This document shows positions 20,187 through 29,559 of a stretch of DNA of 64,000 nt, one piece after another; position 1 is the stretch's first letter, and the number at the start of each line of letters is the position of its first letter. The stretch is taken from contig CBDDEC010000003.1 in NCBI GenBank assembly GCA_965226785.1, forward strand, positions 387,205 through 451,204. The letters are read 5' to 3'. The notes beneath the pieces are model-generated. The model was not told where the DNA came from and did not search any database. It saw only the letters and a program-made list of their open reading frames with translations. Source of the stretch: Dehalococcoidia bacterium. Lineage in GTDB: Bacteria > Chloroflexota > Dehalococcoidia > UBA2979. The translations under genes were made by a program, and so were the position numbers.

Positions 20187-21044
20187 TCAAGCAGGCGCAA
20201 ATCCCTCGTCTCCCTCCAGCAATGGCCGGCCCGGCAGGGCGTCCAGGCGGTCTCTCGTCTTCTCGTATGCGGCGAGGGTCCAACCGTCCTCGAGGGCCTT
20301 GCGTTGCGCCCCGGCGGTGGTGTCGGCGGCGTAGCGGGTCCAGCCTGAGCTCGTGTGGAAGTACTGCGTGACGTACTCGTCGGCGTCGAGCGCGGCGAGA
20401 CGAGCGGCGAACGCCTCTACGTCGTCGATGGGGAGCATCGGGCTGATCGCCACGCCGATACGGATGCCGGCGGCGGCCAGCTCCTCGAGCGCTGCGAACC
20501 GTCGTGCGATCGATGCGCAGTGCGGCTCGTAGCGGAGACGCATCGCCTCCGAGTCAGTGCCAACCGTGAAGCTCACGCGGAGCCGCTCGAAGCGACGCAG
20601 CAGGTCGATGTCGCGCGTCACGATCGGGCTGCGCGTCTGCACGGTCATCCGAGGCTGCACGCCCGCCTCGAGGATCGCCTCCAGGATCGAGCGCGTGAGC
20701 CCAAGCTTCGACTCGATGGGCTGATAGGGATCAGTGACGCTGGACATGTACACGGCGTCGCCATCGACGAGCTTCCCCCGCTCGCACGCCCGCCGCACCA
20801 GCGCAGCCGCGTTGCGCTTCACCCGCACCCAGCGCCCCCACGCCTCGCGACGGTCGTCGGAGGGCGCGAAGAAGCGGGCGTAGCAGTAGTCGCAACCAAA
20901 GCCGCAGCCGCTGTACGGATTCAGGGTGTAGTTGTAGCGCTTGATGAAGCCAGACGCCTTGGTCAGGATCGAGCGCGCGTCGCTGTACTCGACCTCGGCT
21001 GGGCCGAGCTGGCTTGGGAGCAGCACGGGGGACAAGTCGAACAT
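20187..21044 (-). CDS. Radical SAM protein, spore-photoproduct-lyase (SplB)/DNA repair photolyase family
   Basis: CGFGCDYC (CxxxCxxC) radical-SAM cluster motif near the N-terminus. SplB-like length and TIM-barrel pattern. Confidence 0.8.
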   Translation of the reverse strand: MFDLSPVLLPSQLGPAEVEYSDARSILTKASGFIKRYNYTLNPYSGCGFGCDYCYARFFAPSDDRREAWGRWVRVKRNAAALVRRACERGKLVDGDAVYMSSVTDPYQPIESKLGLTRSILEAILEAGVQPRMTVQTRSPIVTRDIDLLRRFERLRVSFTVGTDSEAMRLRYEPHCASIARRFAALEELAAAGIRIGVAISPMLPIDDVEAFAARLAALDADEYVTQYFHTSSGWTRYAADTTAGAQRKALEDGWTLAAYEKTRDRLDALPGRPLLEGDEGFAPA

Positions 21045-21141
21045 TTGTTCGGTATACGCGACCGTCCCGCCGATCGCAAGAACCGCCCGGCGCTAGCGGC
21101 AAGAATTGCCCGCTTCGCCTCGAACGGCTCGGTCCGGAAGC

Positions 21142-21624
21142 CTAGCTGCCGAGGCGCGCGCCGATGTCCACGATCGCGTCTGGATCGCCTTCTGTCGGGT
21201 GGTAGACCTCGAGTTCGATGCGGTCGGTGACTTCGCCCGCGGCGCGTGCTGCCGCCTGGAGCGCCACTTGCAGGTCGTGGATCTGGCCCGTCGAGCCCTC
21301 GTGATGAACGAAGGCGTAGCGGCCGCCGGGGATCTCGACGAACTCGAAACCCTCGGCCTCAGACGGCGCATCCGCCGAGGCCTCGGCCGGAACGCCCGCG
21401 AAATAGCGCAGCGAACCATCGGCTTCGGGGCGTACGTAGGCGATGGCCGACACCGCGGCGTCAGAGCTGGCGAGCCAGCCCTCATGGAAACCCCTGCCGC
21501 AGCGGTGCCAGAGCTCACCGATCTGAGCGAGCGTCCCGCCCACACCAAGCATCCGCCTGGCCTCGACGTCGCGAATCTCAAAATCCATCACGTCCCCCTC
21601 GCCAGCGGACCCATCGCGGCTCAT
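21142..21624 (-). CDS. GyrI-like small-molecule-binding domain protein
   Basis: About 160 aa. The pattern FEIRDVEARRMLGV ... YAFVHHEGS ... fits the GyrI/AraC effector-binding fold. Family assignment is tentative. Confidence 0.55.
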   Translation of the reverse strand: MSRDGSAGEGDVMDFEIRDVEARRMLGVGGTLAQIGELWHRCGRGFHEGWLASSDAAVSAIAYVRPEADGSLRYFAGVPAEASADAPSEAEGFEFVEIPGGRYAFVHHEGSTGQIHDLQVALQAAARAAGEVTDRIELEVYHPTEGDPDAIVDIGARLGS

Positions 21625-21869
21625 GACGCCTGAATGACTACATGCCTGTCAAGCGCACCGGTCAACGGCGATGAGCTCACACGTCAGGTCCGATTCACCA
21701 TCCTCTCAGCGGGCGCGGTGAGCTACCAACCGCTGCCAGGAGCGCTCCGCTGACTAGCGCGCTCTTCGTCACGCCCGTGAGCTTGCGCGGGGCTCACCGC
21801 AAGACGCCCCCCGTCCTTGAGAACGGGGGGCGTTGCAATTTCGATCGCGTGCGCGACCTCGAGCGCTCG

Positions 21870-23741
21870 TTAGACGCCCAGCGCCTCCGCCACATCGGCC
21901 AGGCCGAGCGACTCGAGCTTCTCGCGCGACGGCGTGCTGGTCTCGCGGTCCCAGCCCGCCTCGTCGAACCACTCGTTGCGCATCGTCTCCAGGTCGATCG
22001 TGAACCCGGCGTGCGGGCCCTCCTCCTGCGGCGGGCTGCCGAGGATGCGGCCGTTGACCTCGCGGTTGCCCGGGTTGTTGCCGTGCTTCACCGCGAAGGC
22101 CATACGCAGGTTGGCGATGCGTTCGCCGACCGTGTCCAGCTCCTCGAAGGTGGTGTCCCACCCGGTCACGAGGTTGATCCACTCAGGGATGCGTTCGGTC
22201 GGGCTCATCGTGTAGATGAAGTAGCACATGCCTGCGGAGTTCATGACGTGTGCCTGCTCGTGCGCCGACTTGTGGATCGGGCCACGGCCGGTGAACTGCT
22301 TCTTGTCGTCCGGCTCGCTCGGCATGGTCGGGAAGCGCGAGGCCTTCCCGGGCGACCAGATCGTGTGCCGCGCCGGTGTCGGGTCGAGCGCATAGCTGGC
22401 CGCGAAGCCGATGTCGAGCTTCGGGTCGTGCATCGGCGGCTCCTCGCCGTCGATCGCGGTCAGGAACGGCTTCGCCTCATCGCCGATCTTGGCGGCGGCA
22501 ATGGTCGTGCCGTCTGCGAGCAGCTCGCCCAGGCCCTCGCTGCGGCGGCCGATGGCGTGCAGGGCGTCGAGCACGCCCGAGGCGTTGCCCCACGTCAGCT
22601 CGATGCCGTCGGTGTCCTCCTTCGTGAGGAGGCCCTTCTCGTAGCACTCGATGGCGAACGAGATGGTGGCACCCGTCGAGATGGTGTCGAGGCCGTACTG
22701 GTTGCACCAGTGGTTGATGGCGATCATCGCATCGGTGTCGTTGACGCCGTTCATCACGCCGAAGGCACCCATCGTCTCGTACTCGGGGCGGTGGGTGTGG
22801 TGCGGGTACGCGAACTCACCCTTGTCGCTGCCGTCCACCGACTCGGCGCCACAGGCCACCGGGCAGTGCCAGCAGGCGTACTTCTTATCCATCGACTCGT
22901 TGATGACGGGGCCGCTCATGCCAGACATGTCCATCGTGTCGACGAGGTCGACCACGCCCACGCCGCCCCAGTTGAGGACGGGCGCGTCGCCGTTGATGGC
23001 GGAGTTCGCCGTGATGCCCGTGGTGCCGAAGGTGGTGAAGAACTGCTTGGCGCCCTGGTTGAAGCCCTGGAGGCTCGACTTGACGGTCTGGATGACTTCC
23101 TTGTTCTGGGCCATGATCTTGAGCGTGGGCTTGACGACGATGGCCTTGAGCATCTTCGAGCCCATCACCGCGCCAACGCCTGAGCGAGCGGCGAGACGAC
23201 CGCGCTCATTGGCGATGCCGGACATGATGCTCAGGTTTTCGCCGGCGGGACCGATCAGCGCGACGCTGACCTTCTTGCCCAGGTCCTCCTTCATCTGGTC
23301 CTCGACATCAATCGCCAGGCCGCCCCAGTACTCGGAGGCGTCGCGCAGCTCGACCGTGTCGTCGTCGATGTAGAGATAGACGGGCTTGTCGGACTGCCCG
23401 CTGAAGAGCAGGCCGTCGTAGCCGACGAACTTGAGGTTCGGGCCGAAGTCGCCACCGCAGTTGGCATCGCCCCAGCCACCGTTCTTCGGTGACTTCGCGA
23501 CCACCTGGAAGCGCTGGCCGAACAGGGGCGTGCCGGTGAGGAGACCCGGGAAGAAGCCGAGGATGTTGTCCGGACCCAGCGGGTCCGCGTCGGCCGGGAT
23601 GCGGTCGAACAGCAGCCGCGACCCCAGGCCGTATCCGCCGAGCAGCGCGCGGTACATCGACTCTGGGATCTCCTCCGGATCGATCTCGCCGGTGGTGAGA
23701 TTGACGTTCAGGATCTTGCCGTTAAAGGCGACATCGGACAC
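21870..23741 (-). CDS. Aldehyde:ferredoxin oxidoreductase family (tungsten/molybdopterin AOR)
   Basis: N-terminus GKILNVNLTTGEIDPEEIPESMYRALLGGYGLGSRLL is the diagnostic AOR N-domain. About 620 aa with Cys ligands (CWHCPVACG) for the 4Fe-4S cluster. Confidence 0.9.
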   Translation of the reverse strand: MSDVAFNGKILNVNLTTGEIDPEEIPESMYRALLGGYGLGSRLLFDRIPADADPLGPDNILGFFPGLLTGTPLFGQRFQVVAKSPKNGGWGDANCGGDFGPNLKFVGYDGLLFSGQSDKPVYLYIDDDTVELRDASEYWGGLAIDVEDQMKEDLGKKVSVALIGPAGENLSIMSGIANERGRLAARSGVGAVMGSKMLKAIVVKPTLKIMAQNKEVIQTVKSSLQGFNQGAKQFFTTFGTTGITANSAINGDAPVLNWGGVGVVDLVDTMDMSGMSGPVINESMDKKYACWHCPVACGAESVDGSDKGEFAYPHHTHRPEYETMGAFGVMNGVNDTDAMIAINHWCNQYGLDTISTGATISFAIECYEKGLLTKEDTDGIELTWGNASGVLDALHAIGRRSEGLGELLADGTTIAAAKIGDEAKPFLTAIDGEEPPMHDPKLDIGFAASYALDPTPARHTIWSPGKASRFPTMPSEPDDKKQFTGRGPIHKSAHEQAHVMNSAGMCYFIYTMSPTERIPEWINLVTGWDTTFEELDTVGERIANLRMAFAVKHGNNPGNREVNGRILGSPPQEEGPHAGFTIDLETMRNEWFDEAGWDRETSTPSREKLESLGLADVAEALGV

Positions 23742-23881
23742 GAGAGGTTCCTCCCAGAGCGTGGTCGGTGGGTCAGGTCCTGTTGCCGGGCCGCTCCTGC
23801 GACCCTAGGCTGTCACGATTGTCCGACCGAACGCGCGCCCGGGACTACCGTCCGCGGAGTTCACGGTCAGGGGGATCACCC

Positions 23882-25156
23882 GTGCCAGACCAGCCGAAAA
23901 TTACCACACTCGCCAACGGACTGCGCGTCATCGTGACTTCTATCCCGACGGCGCAGTCGGCTGCGGTGGCGGTCTTCGTCGGGGTCGGCTCGCGCGACGA
24001 GACGCCGCGCACCAACGGCCTCTCCCACTACATCGAGCACATGCTGTTTAAGGGCACGGAACGCCGCCCGACCGCGGCGGACATCTCGGAGGCGATCGAG
24101 GGCGCCGGCGGTGGCCTCAACGCCTACACGACCAAGGAACTGACCTGCTACTGGAACAACCTCCCGTTCGAGCGTGCCGAGACGGGCATCGAGGTACTGG
24201 CGGACATGCTGCAGCACTCCGCCCTCGACGCGGGGGAGCTCGACCGCGAGCGCACCGTGGTGCAGCAGGAGATCCGCCGCGCGCACGACAGCCCGGGCAG
24301 CTTCGTCGGCGAGCTGCTCTCGCGGGCCTCCTACGGTGACCAGCCGGTGGGCTGGCCGATCGCCGGCACGATCGACACCGTCGAGGGCGTCCAGCGCGAC
24401 GACCTGGTCGAACACATCGACGCCTTCTACTCCGCATCGAACATGGTGCTCTCGGTCAGCGGCAACGTCACAGCGGACGAGGTGATCGCCACCGCGGAGC
24501 GGGAGTTCGACGCGCTGCCGGCCACTGAGATCGGACGGCGCGACAGCGCCGATCAGGCACGACCGGAGCAGTACATCCACCTCGACGAGCGGGACATCGA
24601 GCAGACCAACCTGGCGCTGTCGATGCGCGGGATCGGGCGCGACGACCCCGACCGCTATGCGCTCGACATCATGGTGACCGCGCTCGGACGCGGCATGTCG
24701 TCGCGACTCTTCAAGGAGGTGCGCGAGCGTCGAGGGCTCGCCTACTCCGTCTCCGCTAGCTCGGCCCGCTTCCGCGACATCGGCACGCTGTCCGTCAGCG
24801 CCGGCGTGACGCGTGAGCACCAGGAGGAGGCGATCGAGGTGATCCTGGCCGAGTTGATGCGCCTCACTCAGGAAGCGATGCCCGATCACGAACTGGTGCG
24901 CACGAAGGACTACGCCATCGGCACCTTCCGCCTCAGCCTCGAGACGCCCATGGCCCTGGGCCAGCGGCGGGGCAGCCAGTTGCTGATGGACGGCGAGCTG
25001 GAGCCGCCCGACGTGACCGTCGAACGACTCCGCGCGGTCACAACCGACGACATCACGCGGGTTGCCCAGCGGTTGATCGGTCCTCGTCAGTTCTCACTGG
25101 CCGTCGTCGGCCCCTCGGCGAGCGAGGGCGAGCTCGACGCGATCCTGCACAACTAA
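23882..25156 (+). CDS. M16 family zinc peptidase (pitrilysin/insulinase-like)
   Basis: Inverted zinc motif HYIEHMLFKGT (HxxEH) plus downstream Glu. GTG start with GGGGGA RBS 6 nt upstream. The longer ORF-track start is rejected. Confidence 0.85.
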   Translation: MPDQPKITTLANGLRVIVTSIPTAQSAAVAVFVGVGSRDETPRTNGLSHYIEHMLFKGTERRPTAADISEAIEGAGGGLNAYTTKELTCYWNNLPFERAETGIEVLADMLQHSALDAGELDRERTVVQQEIRRAHDSPGSFVGELLSRASYGDQPVGWPIAGTIDTVEGVQRDDLVEHIDAFYSASNMVLSVSGNVTADEVIATAEREFDALPATEIGRRDSADQARPEQYIHLDERDIEQTNLALSMRGIGRDDPDRYALDIMVTALGRGMSSRLFKEVRERRGLAYSVSASSARFRDIGTLSVSAGVTREHQEEAIEVILAELMRLTQEAMPDHELVRTKDYAIGTFRLSLETPMALGQRRGSQLLMDGELEPPDVTVERLRAVTTDDITRVAQRLIGPRQFSLAVVGPSASEGELDAILHN

Positions 25157-25229
25157 GACGCTCGAGGGCTCGCCGAAGACGAGGAACGGGGCTCCTCGCG
25201 GAGCCCCGTTCGTTCGACTGTCGCCCGGA

Positions 25230-25553
25230 CTACGCGCCTGAAGGCCGTCCCGCCGATTCCCATCCGTCGGCGCCGCCGCGTGCGTCGCCCCAGGTCTCGA
25301 ACCCATGAGGGTTCCCCAGATCGTCCATCGCGAACGTCGCTCGCGCTATGTCCGATGAGTTGATCGACTGGACCAGCACGCCCGGCTCCGTCTCGATGAC
25401 GAAGGCGATCGTGCTGGGAGCGCTCCACCAGTAGCGAGCGCTGACCACACCCTCGGCCCCCCGATATTGCCGGCACAGGTCCAATGCTGCGACGCCGAAC
25501 TCACCTCGGTCGGCGCGATCACGCCTGGTGACATGCGAGACGCTAAGTGGCAT
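25230..25553 (-). CDS. Hypothetical small protein (107 aa)
   Basis: GC3-biased codons throughout. ATG preceded by GGGAGA at a 5-6 nt spacing. No family recognised. It occupies an otherwise unexplained 520-bp gap, divergent from the APH-like kinase. Confidence 0.45.
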   Translation of the reverse strand: MPLSVSHVTRRDRADRGEFGVAALDLCRQYRGAEGVVSARYWWSAPSTIAFVIETEPGVLVQSINSSDIARATFAMDDLGNPHGFETWGDARGGADGWESAGRPSGA

Positions 25554-25670
25554 TGCTGTCTCCCTTACTACTCCCCTGCCCACGAGTCGGCGGCCGTTGT
25601 ATCACATCTGCGATGCCTCACGCAGCGTCTCCACGCCCGGTCTGGCGACCCACCTCCGAGGGCTGCGACG

Positions 25671-26630
25671 ATGGAACGCGGAGGACGCATGGACCCCCTC
25701 GACGTACTGCGCTCGCTCGACATCACGCCCCGCGGCGAGGCGAAGGCGCTGCCACCGGGCGTGAACTGTGACGCCTGGCGCGTCGAAACCAACCGCGGCG
25801 TCATGGTCGTGCGCATCGAGCGCGCCGATCGCGCGGACGCCGAGGCCGACGCGCCGCGCTTCAAGGCCCAGGCGGGCATCCTCGAACGGCTCGCTGGCGT
25901 GCGGCCGGCGCTCCCGCTGCCGACGCCGATCGCGACGGGCGACGAGGGTGGCCGCGCATGGAGCGTCGACACCGCCATCCCTGGCCGCGACCACCGCCCG
26001 GGCGATGCGCCGACCGCGGCGGTTGCCCGCGAGCTCGGCCGTCTCCTCGCCGCGCTGCACGCGCTGCCCGTCGAGGGCTTCGGCATGCTCGAGGATCGAC
26101 GCGACGTGCTGCGCGGCAGTGCAGACGACTTCGCCGCGGGCGTGCTCACCCGGTATGCCGAGGCGTGGCCCTACTCGGGGCAGCCGCTGGTCGCGCATCC
26201 AATCGCGCGCATCGCACCGCAGCTCATCGGCGCGCTCGGCGACCTGCGGGACCAGCTGGAGCGCTACGCCGAGGCGTCAACGATCGCGGTATTGCACGGC
26301 GACCTCCACGGCGGCCATGTCTTCGCCGCGCAGGACGAAGAAGCGCTGGCGGGCGTGATCGACTTCAACAGCTCCTGGGCGGGGCCGCCCGCCTTCGACC
26401 TCGCCAGCGTCGCGCTCAACCTCGGCTGGCCCACCCTCGATGACGTGCTGGCGAGCTACGAGCCGAACGCCGTCCTGCGGGACGTGCGTCGCGCCGAGGC
26501 GGAGCAGCTGGCGGTCGTGGTTGCCCTGCACCGCGTGTCGCGCGCGGTCCGCGCACGCAACGACCCGGCGCGCTGGGTCGAGTTCCTCGAGGCGCTGCTC
26601 CCGCGCGCTACCCGCCGAGGTGACGCCTGA
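25671..26630 (+). CDS. Aminoglycoside/choline-kinase-like phosphotransferase (APH family)
   Basis: Catalytic loop and DFG-like region VLHGDLHGGHVFA ... VIDFNSSWAGPPAFDLA (Brenner motif HGDxxxxN variant plus IDF). The internal ATG with a GAGGG RBS is chosen as start. Confidence 0.8.
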   Translation: MERGGRMDPLDVLRSLDITPRGEAKALPPGVNCDAWRVETNRGVMVVRIERADRADAEADAPRFKAQAGILERLAGVRPALPLPTPIATGDEGGRAWSVDTAIPGRDHRPGDAPTAAVARELGRLLAALHALPVEGFGMLEDRRDVLRGSADDFAAGVLTRYAEAWPYSGQPLVAHPIARIAPQLIGALGDLRDQLERYAEASTIAVLHGDLHGGHVFAAQDEEALAGVIDFNSSWAGPPAFDLASVALNLGWPTLDDVLASYEPNAVLRDVRRAEAEQLAVVVALHRVSRAVRARNDPARWVEFLEALLPRATRRGDA

Positions 26631-26657
26631 TCCCTCGCCGCGGCTAGACTGCGCGCC

Positions 26658-27386
26658 ATGCCGTTCATCGAGGGGTCTGAGGACTCAGGCATCCGCATCC
26701 GCTATGACGAGCGCGGCCCGGCCGACGGTCAGCCGCTCGTGCTGGCGCACGGCTTCGGGGTCTCGCTCGAGATGTGGATGCCGCAGATGCAGGCGCTGTC
26801 GCAGGACTTCCGCCTCATCACCTGGGACGCCCGAGGGCACGGCGGCACCTATGCGCCGGAGGACGTCGATTCCTACGACATGCCGGGCCTGGCCTCGGAC
26901 CTGCGCTTGTTGCTGGAGGGCCTGGGCGCCACTGACCGGGCTGTCATCGCCGGCATGTCCTTCGGCGGGATGATCGCGTTGCAATACGCGCACGACCATC
27001 CCGACGACGTGGCAGCCCTCGTGCTCTCCGACACGACCACGCGAGGCTCGGACGAGCCCTCGGGCAGCCGCGGCGACGGCGGGATGTCCGGCGGCGACCC
27101 GGGCGTCGCGGGCGGGATGCACGCGATGCGCACGCGGCCCGACCTGACTCCGGCGCTCCCCGACCTCGACATCCCAGCGCTCGTGATCGTCGGTGAGCAG
27201 GACGACATGATCCTCGGCGGCCTGTCGAGGCTGATCGACGGCCTGCCACGCCGTCGCGTCGTCCGGCTCGCCGGCTGCGTCCACGGCACGTCTGGCCAGC
27301 GCCCCGGCGACTGGAACGCGTCGGTGCTCGCCTTCCTCGCCGACGTCGCCGAGGACGCCCCCCTCGGCGAGGACGTGATCATCTAG
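26658..27386 (+). CDS. Alpha/beta-fold hydrolase
   Basis: LVLAHGFGVS ... GMSFGG (GxSxG nucleophile elbow) ... C-terminal His. Confidence 0.85.
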   Translation: MPFIEGSEDSGIRIRYDERGPADGQPLVLAHGFGVSLEMWMPQMQALSQDFRLITWDARGHGGTYAPEDVDSYDMPGLASDLRLLLEGLGATDRAVIAGMSFGGMIALQYAHDHPDDVAALVLSDTTTRGSDEPSGSRGDGGMSGGDPGVAGGMHAMRTRPDLTPALPDLDIPALVIVGEQDDMILGGLSRLIDGLPRRRVVRLAGCVHGTSGQRPGDWNASVLAFLADVAEDAPLGEDVII

Positions 27387-27471
27387 CCGCTGGCGATACA
27401 CATCTCGACCGCAACGGCGGCGGCGCGCAAGATAGCGCGGCGCACGCCCCAGGGAGCACGAGCGAGGACCG

Positions 27472-28320
27472 ATGCTGGCACTGCGAAGCATTCTGCTGAT
27501 CGACGCGCGTGACGAGGCGCGCCTGCGCGCGGCGCGAACCAGCGCGGCCGATGCCATCGCGATCGACCTCGCCGCCCCACACCTCGCCTCCGACCATCCC
27601 GAGGCGCGCCGGCTGGCTCGCCGGCACCTCGCGGCGATCGCCAAGAGTGGGCGGCCCGTGTACGTGCGCGTCTCCGACACACGCTCAGGCGAACTCGACG
27701 ACGACCTCGACGCGATCGTGAGCGCGTCCGTCGCCGCCATCATCCTCACCGCCGCCGAGGTCCCGCAGGACGCGCGCGATGTCGATGTGGCGATCAGACG
27801 ATTCGAGATGGAGCGCGCGTTAACGCCCGGCGGCATCCTCGTCCTTCCAGAGATCGACTCGGCCGAGGGCGTGCTGGCCTTGCCGAGCATCCTCGGTGCG
27901 ATCGACCGCGCCGCGGGCGTACTACTCACGCTCGACGGGCTGCAGCAGGACATGCGCCTCGGCGACCGCGCGGACGCCATCTACGATCACGCGATGGCGG
28001 ACGTGGCGATGGCAGCGCACATGGCGCGCATCCCCTGGGCGCTCGCCGGCGGCGACGCCTCGATGGCGCACGACTACGGGGCCGACGGCGTGGTCATCGC
28101 GAGCGAAGCCGAGGCGCAAGGCGTCAATTCGCTGTTCACACCCGACCCCGCCGAGGTCGCAACCGCGCGGGTCACCCTCGACGCCTGGCAGCGCCTGCTC
28201 GCCAACGGCCAGCTTTCCGCTGAGGCGGACGGCCGCCTCGTCGATCGCCGCGCAGCCAGGCGCGCTCGCGCCCTGGTCGAACTCGCGGACGCCATCGACC
28301 GCCGCGCCCGCGTGCGTTAG
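27472..28320 (+). CDS. HpcH/HpaI aldolase / citrate-lyase beta-subunit (CitE)-like protein
   Basis: TIM-barrel CitE-like pattern: N-terminal RSILLIDARDEARLRAA ... AIAIDLAAPH ... About 280 aa. Confidence 0.7.
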   Translation: MLALRSILLIDARDEARLRAARTSAADAIAIDLAAPHLASDHPEARRLARRHLAAIAKSGRPVYVRVSDTRSGELDDDLDAIVSASVAAIILTAAEVPQDARDVDVAIRRFEMERALTPGGILVLPEIDSAEGVLALPSILGAIDRAAGVLLTLDGLQQDMRLGDRADAIYDHAMADVAMAAHMARIPWALAGGDASMAHDYGADGVVIASEAEAQGVNSLFTPDPAEVATARVTLDAWQRLLANGQLSAEADGRLVDRRAARRARALVELADAIDRRARVR

Positions 28321-28330
28321 CGCGGCTCGC

Positions 28331-29431
28331 TCAATCCTCCAGTCGGTCGAGCGAAACGACGACGAAGTTCACGCCGTCGGGGTCGGGGGCCATCCTCACG
28401 TCGACGCGATCGCCCTGGGATAGGTCTTCGAGGGCGACACTCAGGTCGGAGCCGGGTACGATTCGCGCTGTGCCGACGCCTCCACCGTCATCGGAGATCT
28501 CGATCTCGCCGTTGGCGGCCGACTCGAACGTCTGGAGGCCGCCGAGCGGGCCGAACCAGACCAGCACCGCCGGCGCACGGTCGGTCCGCACCTGGTAGCG
28601 CGCGTCCTCGCCTACGAGGTCGATGCTGACGCGGAAGCCGGGGACGATCGCCTGTGTGCAGAACAGGCCCGGGCGCGCGATACCGAGACAACCGTTCGGC
28701 CAATCGACTGCCTCGACGCTGCGAACGCTGAGTTCCGCTGGTGGGACATCGAGCCAGCTCGCTAGCCCGGCGAGCGCGGCGTCACGGACGGCAGCGGCCG
28801 GATCCGACACGAGTAGATCCGTCCAGAGGAGAATCGGCGCGCCGCCCTGAGGCGCCGAAACAATGGCGATGCCAACCGCCGGACCCTCGTGCAGCTCGGT
28901 CAGCTCGAACTGGCTGCCGGGGACCAGGCGGGCCTCGATTGTGCCGCCGTCGTCGGTGCTGAACCGCGCGACACTCGAGGACGCGTTGATGAACCGCACG
29001 AGGATCTGCGTCTCGGGCTCCCACCGCAGCATCTCCGCCGGTAGGTCCGTGCGGATGCGGTACTCGGCGCTGCCGATGGTGATCGTGACGCGGAAACCCA
29101 CGACGAGCGCCTGGTCGCAGGCCTCGCCGCCATGCGAGAGGCCGAGGCAGCCGTCGGGCCAGGTCTCACGCGCTGCCGTTGACGAGATCACCGGCCCCGC
29201 CAGCGGGCCGAGCCAGCCGTCGAGGGCAGTGCGCGCGGCCTCGAGCGCCCGTTCCTCGGGTGGGTCGGGGGTCGGCGTGATGTCTGGTGTCGGGGTCGCA
29301 GTGGGCGTGGGCGTCGCGGTCGCAGTCGGCGTGGGCTCGGGCGACGGAGTCGCGTCGTCGCCGCTGCAGGCGGCGCTCAGCAACGCGGCCGAGACGGCAA
29401 CGAGCAGGGCGGTCACCAGCTTCGAGCGCAT
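28331..29431 (-). CDS. Lipoprotein with Pro/Thr linker and an internal tandem-duplicated Cys-containing domain
   Basis: Lipobox (LLSAAC) after a signal peptide. [16 protein letters not shown] linker. Two about 130-aa repeats, each with the pattern W-P-[DN]-G-C-L-G ... C ... GFRV[ST]I ... Y[RQ][IV]RTD. Confidence 0.7.
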   Translation of the reverse strand: MRSKLVTALLVAVSAALLSAACSGDDATPSPEPTPTATATPTPTATPTPDITPTPDPPEERALEAARTALDGWLGPLAGPVISSTAARETWPDGCLGLSHGGEACDQALVVGFRVTITIGSAEYRIRTDLPAEMLRWEPETQILVRFINASSSVARFSTDDGGTIEARLVPGSQFELTELHEGPAVGIAIVSAPQGGAPILLWTDLLVSDPAAAVRDAALAGLASWLDVPPAELSVRSVEAVDWPNGCLGIARPGLFCTQAIVPGFRVSIDLVGEDARYQVRTDRAPAVLVWFGPLGGLQTFESAANGEIEISDDGGGVGTARIVPGSDLSVALEDLSQGDRVDVRMAPDPDGVNFVVVSLDRLED

Positions 29432-29559
29432 CGCGCAACTCCTCGGCGGCTCCTCGGGATCGTGAACGAGGGAGACGGTATGATCCGGGCGGCGCAGGGG
29501 CGCCTCCCCGTTGAACATCGCAGTGACGGTAAGACGGACAGACCCCACCGGGAGTTCCC

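Noticed and set aside
21777-23183. 468-aa plus-strand ORF antisense to the AOR gene
   Set aside because: It is a frame shadow of a strongly supported gene, with low-complexity Arg/Leu/Val content.
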